Shown one piece after another: positions 47,220-50,186 of a DNA stretch of 50,186 nucleotides; within the stretch, counting starts at the first letter, position 1; every line of letters starts with the position of its first letter. The notes beneath the pieces were generated by a model, which was not told where the DNA came from, did not search any database, and worked only from the letters and a program-made list of their open reading frames with translations. The translations under genes and the position numbers were made by a program. Source of the DNA: an uncultured Bacillales bacterium (GTDB lineage: Bacteria; Bacillota_I; Bacilli_A; RF39; UBA660); the NCBI GenBank assembly GCA_946629545.1, contig CAMOXZ010000001.1, positions 1 through 50,186 on the forward strand, in the 5' to 3' direction.

Positions 47220-47637
47220 AGAAAAAAGAAGAAAACATTATGGAGGATTTATTCTAGGTGCTTTAGCTGGAGCTAGTTTAGGATTATTATTTGCTCCTAA
47301 GAAAGGTAGTGAATTAAGAGCTGATTTAAAGAAGAAATTAGATGAATTACTTGATCAAGCTAAAGAAATAGATGTAGATGAAGTAAAAGAACAATTCAAT
47401 AAGAAAGTAGAAGAAATCAAAGAAGAATTAGCTGATATGGATAAAGAAAAAGCTATCAAAATCGCTAAGAAAAAAGGAGCAGAAGCTAGAGCTAAAGCTG
47501 AAGAATTAGTTGTATTAGCTAAAGAAAAAGGAACTCCTGCTTTAATGAAAACAGCTGAAAAAGTATTAGAAAACGTAATTAAAGTTTCTAAAGATGCATT
47601 AAAGAAATTAGAAAAAGCTCAAAAAGAAGATAAATAA
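47206..47637 (+). CDS. YtxH-like general-stress-type protein
   Basis: GFILGALAGASLGLLFAPKKGSELR motif followed by an Ala/Lys/Glu-rich helix. Confidence 0.75.
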   Translation: MKMSKEKRRKHYGGFILGALAGASLGLLFAPKKGSELRADLKKKLDELLDQAKEIDVDEVKEQFNKKVEEIKEELADMDKEKAIKIAKKKGAEARAKAEELVVLAKEKGTPALMKTAEKVLENVIKVSKDALKKLEKAQKEDK

Positions 47638-47662
47638 AAAGTCATTTGACTTTTTATTTTTT
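47636..47662 (+). terminator. Intrinsic terminator
   Basis: Stem aaaaagtc/gacttttt followed by a T-run. It overlaps the -35 element of the tyrS leader promoter (TTGACT at 47646-47651). Confidence 0.6.
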
Positions 47663-47679
47663 TATGATAAAATAAAGTT

Positions 47680-47884
47680 AAGTTTTCAGTGATGAAAGAA
47701 ATAGTAGTAAAATAATTATTATTTAGAGATCTAATGGTTGGTGAAAATTAGAAATATTGTTTTATGAATTACAACTTTCTAGAAAACATCGTTAACTGCG
47801 TTAAAGTATAAGTGCATGTAATACATGAATTAAGGTGGTACCGCGAATAATTCGTCCTTAGGATGATTATTTCGCGTTTTTTTA
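47680..47884 (+). promoter_or_regulatory. T-box riboswitch leader, tyrosine specifier (UAC)
   Basis: AGAGA at 47725-47729, specifier TAC at 47770-47772 followed by A, T-box AATTAAGGTGGTACCGCG at 47828-47845, and a terminator at 47843-47876 followed by T8. Confidence 0.88.
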
Positions 47885-47900
47885 TTAAGGAGGAAAAATT

Positions 47901-49130
47901 ATGACATTATTTGAAGAATTAGAATGGAGAGGTCTTGTTAAAGACTTAGCTGGAGATGACATTAAAGATAAATTAAACAATGATAAATTAACTTTTTATT
48001 GGGGAACTGATCCTACAGCAGACAGCTTACATTTAGGACATTATTCTAGTTTAGTTACTGCTAAGAGATTAGCTAAAGCTGGACATCATCCTATATTATT
48101 AGTTGGTGGAGCTACTGGGTTAATTGGAGATCCTAGACCTACTGCTGAAAGAGAGATTATTGCTAAAGAAGTTGTTGATAAAAATGTAGAAGGTTTATCT
48201 AAGCAAGTAAAAGAAATAGTTGGCGATGTAGAAGTAGTTAATAACTATGATTGGATGAAAGAATTTTCATTCTTAGATTTTTTAAGAGATGTTGGTAAGT
48301 ATATTAATGTTAATTATATGTTAGATAAAGATATAATTAGAAGAAGACTCGAAAGTGGAATTACTTTTGCAGAATTCTCTTATATGTTACTTCAAGGATA
48401 TGATTACTTACATTTATTTAGAGAAAAAGGAGTTACTTTACAAGCTGCTGGATCTGACCAATGGGGTAATATTACTACTGGTATAGATTTAATTAGAAAA
48501 ATGGAAGGCAAACAAGTATATGGATTTACAATGCCATTAATATTAGATTCTACTGGTAAGAAGTTTGGTAAGAGTGAAGGTAATGCTTTATGGTTAGATG
48601 AAAATAAAACATCTAGTTATGAGTTATATCAATACTTAATTAATACTGAAGATGCTAGTGTTGAGGAATACTTAAAAGTATTTACATTCCTTAGCCCTGA
48701 AGAAATAACTGATATTATGAAGAAACACACTGAAACTCCAGAATTGAGAATTGCTCAAAAAGAATTAGCTAAACAAATAATTACTGATTTACATGGAGAA
48801 GATAGTTTTAATAGAGCTATTAGTATATCAGAATCTCTATTTAGTGGAGATATTAAGTCATTTACTTCTAAAGAAGTAGAGGAAGCATTCAAAGGACTTG
48901 AACCATTTGAGATTAATAGTGATTTAAATATAGTAGATTTATTAGTAGAAGCTGGAGTTTGTTCTAGTAAGAGAGAAGCTCGTGAATTTATAAGTAATGG
49001 AAGTATTACTTTAAATGGAGATAAGATTACTGATTTAGAATTTACTGTTACTAAGGGTGTTTGTATTGATTCTAAATACTTAGTAGTACGTAGAGGTAAG
49101 AAGAAGTACTTTGTAGGTATATATAAATAG
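47901..49130 (+). CDS. tyrS: Tyrosyl-tRNA synthetase
   Basis: HLGH (HIGH), KFGKS (KMSKS) and a C-terminal S4-like domain. Confidence 0.95.
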   Translation: MTLFEELEWRGLVKDLAGDDIKDKLNNDKLTFYWGTDPTADSLHLGHYSSLVTAKRLAKAGHHPILLVGGATGLIGDPRPTAEREIIAKEVVDKNVEGLSKQVKEIVGDVEVVNNYDWMKEFSFLDFLRDVGKYINVNYMLDKDIIRRRLESGITFAEFSYMLLQGYDYLHLFREKGVTLQAAGSDQWGNITTGIDLIRKMEGKQVYGFTMPLILDSTGKKFGKSEGNALWLDENKTSSYELYQYLINTEDASVEEYLKVFTFLSPEEITDIMKKHTETPELRIAQKELAKQIITDLHGEDSFNRAISISESLFSGDIKSFTSKEVEEAFKGLEPFEINSDLNIVDLLVEAGVCSSKREAREFISNGSITLNGDKITDLEFTVTKGVCIDSKYLVVRRGKKKYFVGIYK

Positions 49131-49152
49131 ATGTCTTGGACATCTATTTTTT
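49126..49152 (+). terminator. Intrinsic terminator of tyrS
   Basis: Stem aatagatgtc/gacatctatt with loop ttg, followed by T6. Confidence 0.8.
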
Positions 49153-49177
49153 ATGATATAATTTAATTGGTGATTAT

Positions 49178-49714
49178 ATGAAAATAGTATTAGTTAGACA
49201 TGCACAGACAGAAGATAATTTTAATCAGATTATGCAGGGATTAAAAAATAATTTATTAAATGATACTGGTAGGAGAGATTGTCAGAGATTAAGAGAAAAA
49301 CTTAAAGATATTAAGTTTGATTACTGTTATACATCTCCATTAGTTAGATGTGTAGAAACTGCATTTATCTTAATAGGTGATAAATGTGAAATGATTAGAG
49401 ATGATAGATTAATTGAAAGAGATTTAGGTAAACTTGAAGGTAAGAAACGTGATAAATATGATGTTGAAAAATATTGGGATTATGATTTAAATAGTAATGA
49501 TCTTGGTGTAGAACCTGTTAGAAGTGTTATTGAAAGATGTAGAGATTTTCTTGAATATATTAAGAATAAGTATTCTTCTGATACATGTATATTAATAGTT
49601 GGTCATAGTGCAACGTGTAAGGCACTTAAATTATTACTAGAAAATAAAGAATTGAAAGGTAGTTTATTTGAGAGAAATATTAAGAATTCTGAATATTTAG
49701 AATTTGAGATATAA
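49178..49714 (+). CDS. Histidine phosphatase family protein (phosphoglycerate-mutase-like)
   Basis: LVRHAQTEDN (RHG motif), SPLVRCVETA and VGHSAT. Confidence 0.8.
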   Translation: MKIVLVRHAQTEDNFNQIMQGLKNNLLNDTGRRDCQRLREKLKDIKFDYCYTSPLVRCVETAFILIGDKCEMIRDDRLIERDLGKLEGKKRDKYDVEKYWDYDLNSNDLGVEPVRSVIERCRDFLEYIKNKYSSDTCILIVGHSATCKALKLLLENKELKGSLFERNIKNSEYLEFEI

Positions 49715-49715
49715 A

Positions 49716-49740
49716 AAAAGAAGAGCAATGCTCTTCTTTT
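49716..49740. terminator. Bidirectional hairpin between convergent genes
   Basis: Stem aaaagaagagc/gctcttctttt with loop aat. Confidence 0.7.
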
Positions 49741-49744
49741 AATT

Positions 49745-50186
49745 TTACTTATTATAGAATTCAACGATTAATGCTTCATCAATATCAGCATTTAATTCAT
49801 TTCTTTCAGGTAATCTTACGTAAGTAGCTTCCATTTTGTTTTCATCATAGTTAATGAATTCAACTCTCTTAGTTACTTTAGCTAAGCTTTCAGCTACTAC
49901 TTTTAAGTTCTTATCTGCTTCTTTCATAGCGATAACATCACCAACTTTAACTCTGTATGATGGAATATCAACTTTCTTACCATTAACAGTTACGTGTCCG
50001 TGGTTAACTAATTGTCTAGCAGCACGTCTAGTAGAAGCAAAACCAATTCTATATACTAAGTTATCTAATCTTGATTCTAATAATCTTAAGAAGTTAGTAC
50101 CATGAATACCAGATAATTTAGCAGCTTCATCAAATGTTTTTCTGAATTGTCTTTCGTTTACTCCATACATGAAACGAACTTTTTGT
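49745..50186 (-). CDS. rpsD: 30S ribosomal protein S4; the 5' end lies beyond the window
   Basis: ...[21 protein letters not shown]...[33 protein letters not shown]. The frame stays open upstream of the track Met to the window edge. Confidence 0.92.
   Translation of the reverse strand, partial: QKVRFMYGVNERQFRKTFDEAAKLSGIHGTNFLRLLESRLDNLVYRIGFASTRRAARQLVNHGHVTVNGKKVDIPSYRVKVGDVIAMKEADKNLKVVAESLAKVTKRVEFINYDENKMEATYVRLPERNELNADIDEALIVEFYNK

Noticed and set aside
9481-50105. Other nested or antisense track ORFs: 9481-9789, 15600-15980, 18089-18559, 22517-22720, 24355-24561, 27339-27575, 31329-31520, 31700-31882, 33074-33271, 34202-34390, 36672-37028, 37573-37899, 42136-42330, 45770-46129 and 49854-50105.
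   Set aside because: Each overlaps a longer ORF with recognisable family motifs (rnr, cdaR, fhs, SPFH, GH31, leuS, fem, rpsD and others). These are the out-of-frame open stretches expected in AT-rich DNA.
1-50186. Search for CRISPR arrays, IS elements or transposases, integrases, tRNA/rRNA genes and known defence operons.
   Set aside because: No spaced short direct repeats, terminal inverted repeats, recombinase motifs or GC-rich cloverleaf-like segments were seen. The only repeats are the in-frame coding repeats of the giant gene.

Overview
Strongly AT-rich (about 30% G+C by eye) chromosomal segment of a low-GC Gram-positive bacterium (Bacillota). It is probably an anaerobic spore-former, because SleC-like and Cse60-like genes are present. 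The species cannot be assigned from sequence alone. Nearly all genes lie on the + strand and are separated by clear hairpin/T-run terminators and near-consensus sigma-A promoters. Nt 1-8583 are the 3' part of one giant, highly repetitive surface-protein gene that continues beyond the 5' edge of the window. It carries MBG repeats, Ig-like repeats, Listeria-Bacteroides repeats and a CBM-like module, and it ends in an ALK/LTK-type glycine-rich domain encoded by a local GC-rich (GGC)n island. The rest is mainly core genome: ttcA-like, rnr, cdaA-cdaR, an S41 protease, fhs, nfeD-SPFH, a TIGR01212-type radical SAM gene, a VanY-type peptidase, a GH31 hydrolase, T-box-controlled leuS and tyrS, a MurJ/SpoVB-type flippase, two femAB-type genes, trmB, a DUF948/YtxH pair and the rpsD 3' part. 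Accessory-looking genes are interspersed: two Fic proteins, a LysM plus split SleC-like cortex-lysis cluster, a thioester-type adhesin with its own sortase, and a frameshifted KilA-N gene. I found no rRNA, tRNA, CRISPR array, IS element or recognisable defence operon. I also cannot point to a convincing multi-gene 'new system'. The items most worth follow-up are listed here. (1) The glycine-rich head and its codon island. (2) Kilobase-scale perfect in-frame repeats. (3) A thioester adhesin whose catalytic Cys is reachable only from an ATT start, paired with an atypical sortase and sorting signal. (4) A SleC homologue split at the pre-region boundary. (5) An HTH-Fic gene with a perfect palindrome inside a consensus promoter. 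(6) An orphan, promoter-to-terminator structured RNA upstream of nfeD. (7) A Leu T-box that first drives a small membrane protein. All homology statements come from motif recognition by eye, not from database searches.
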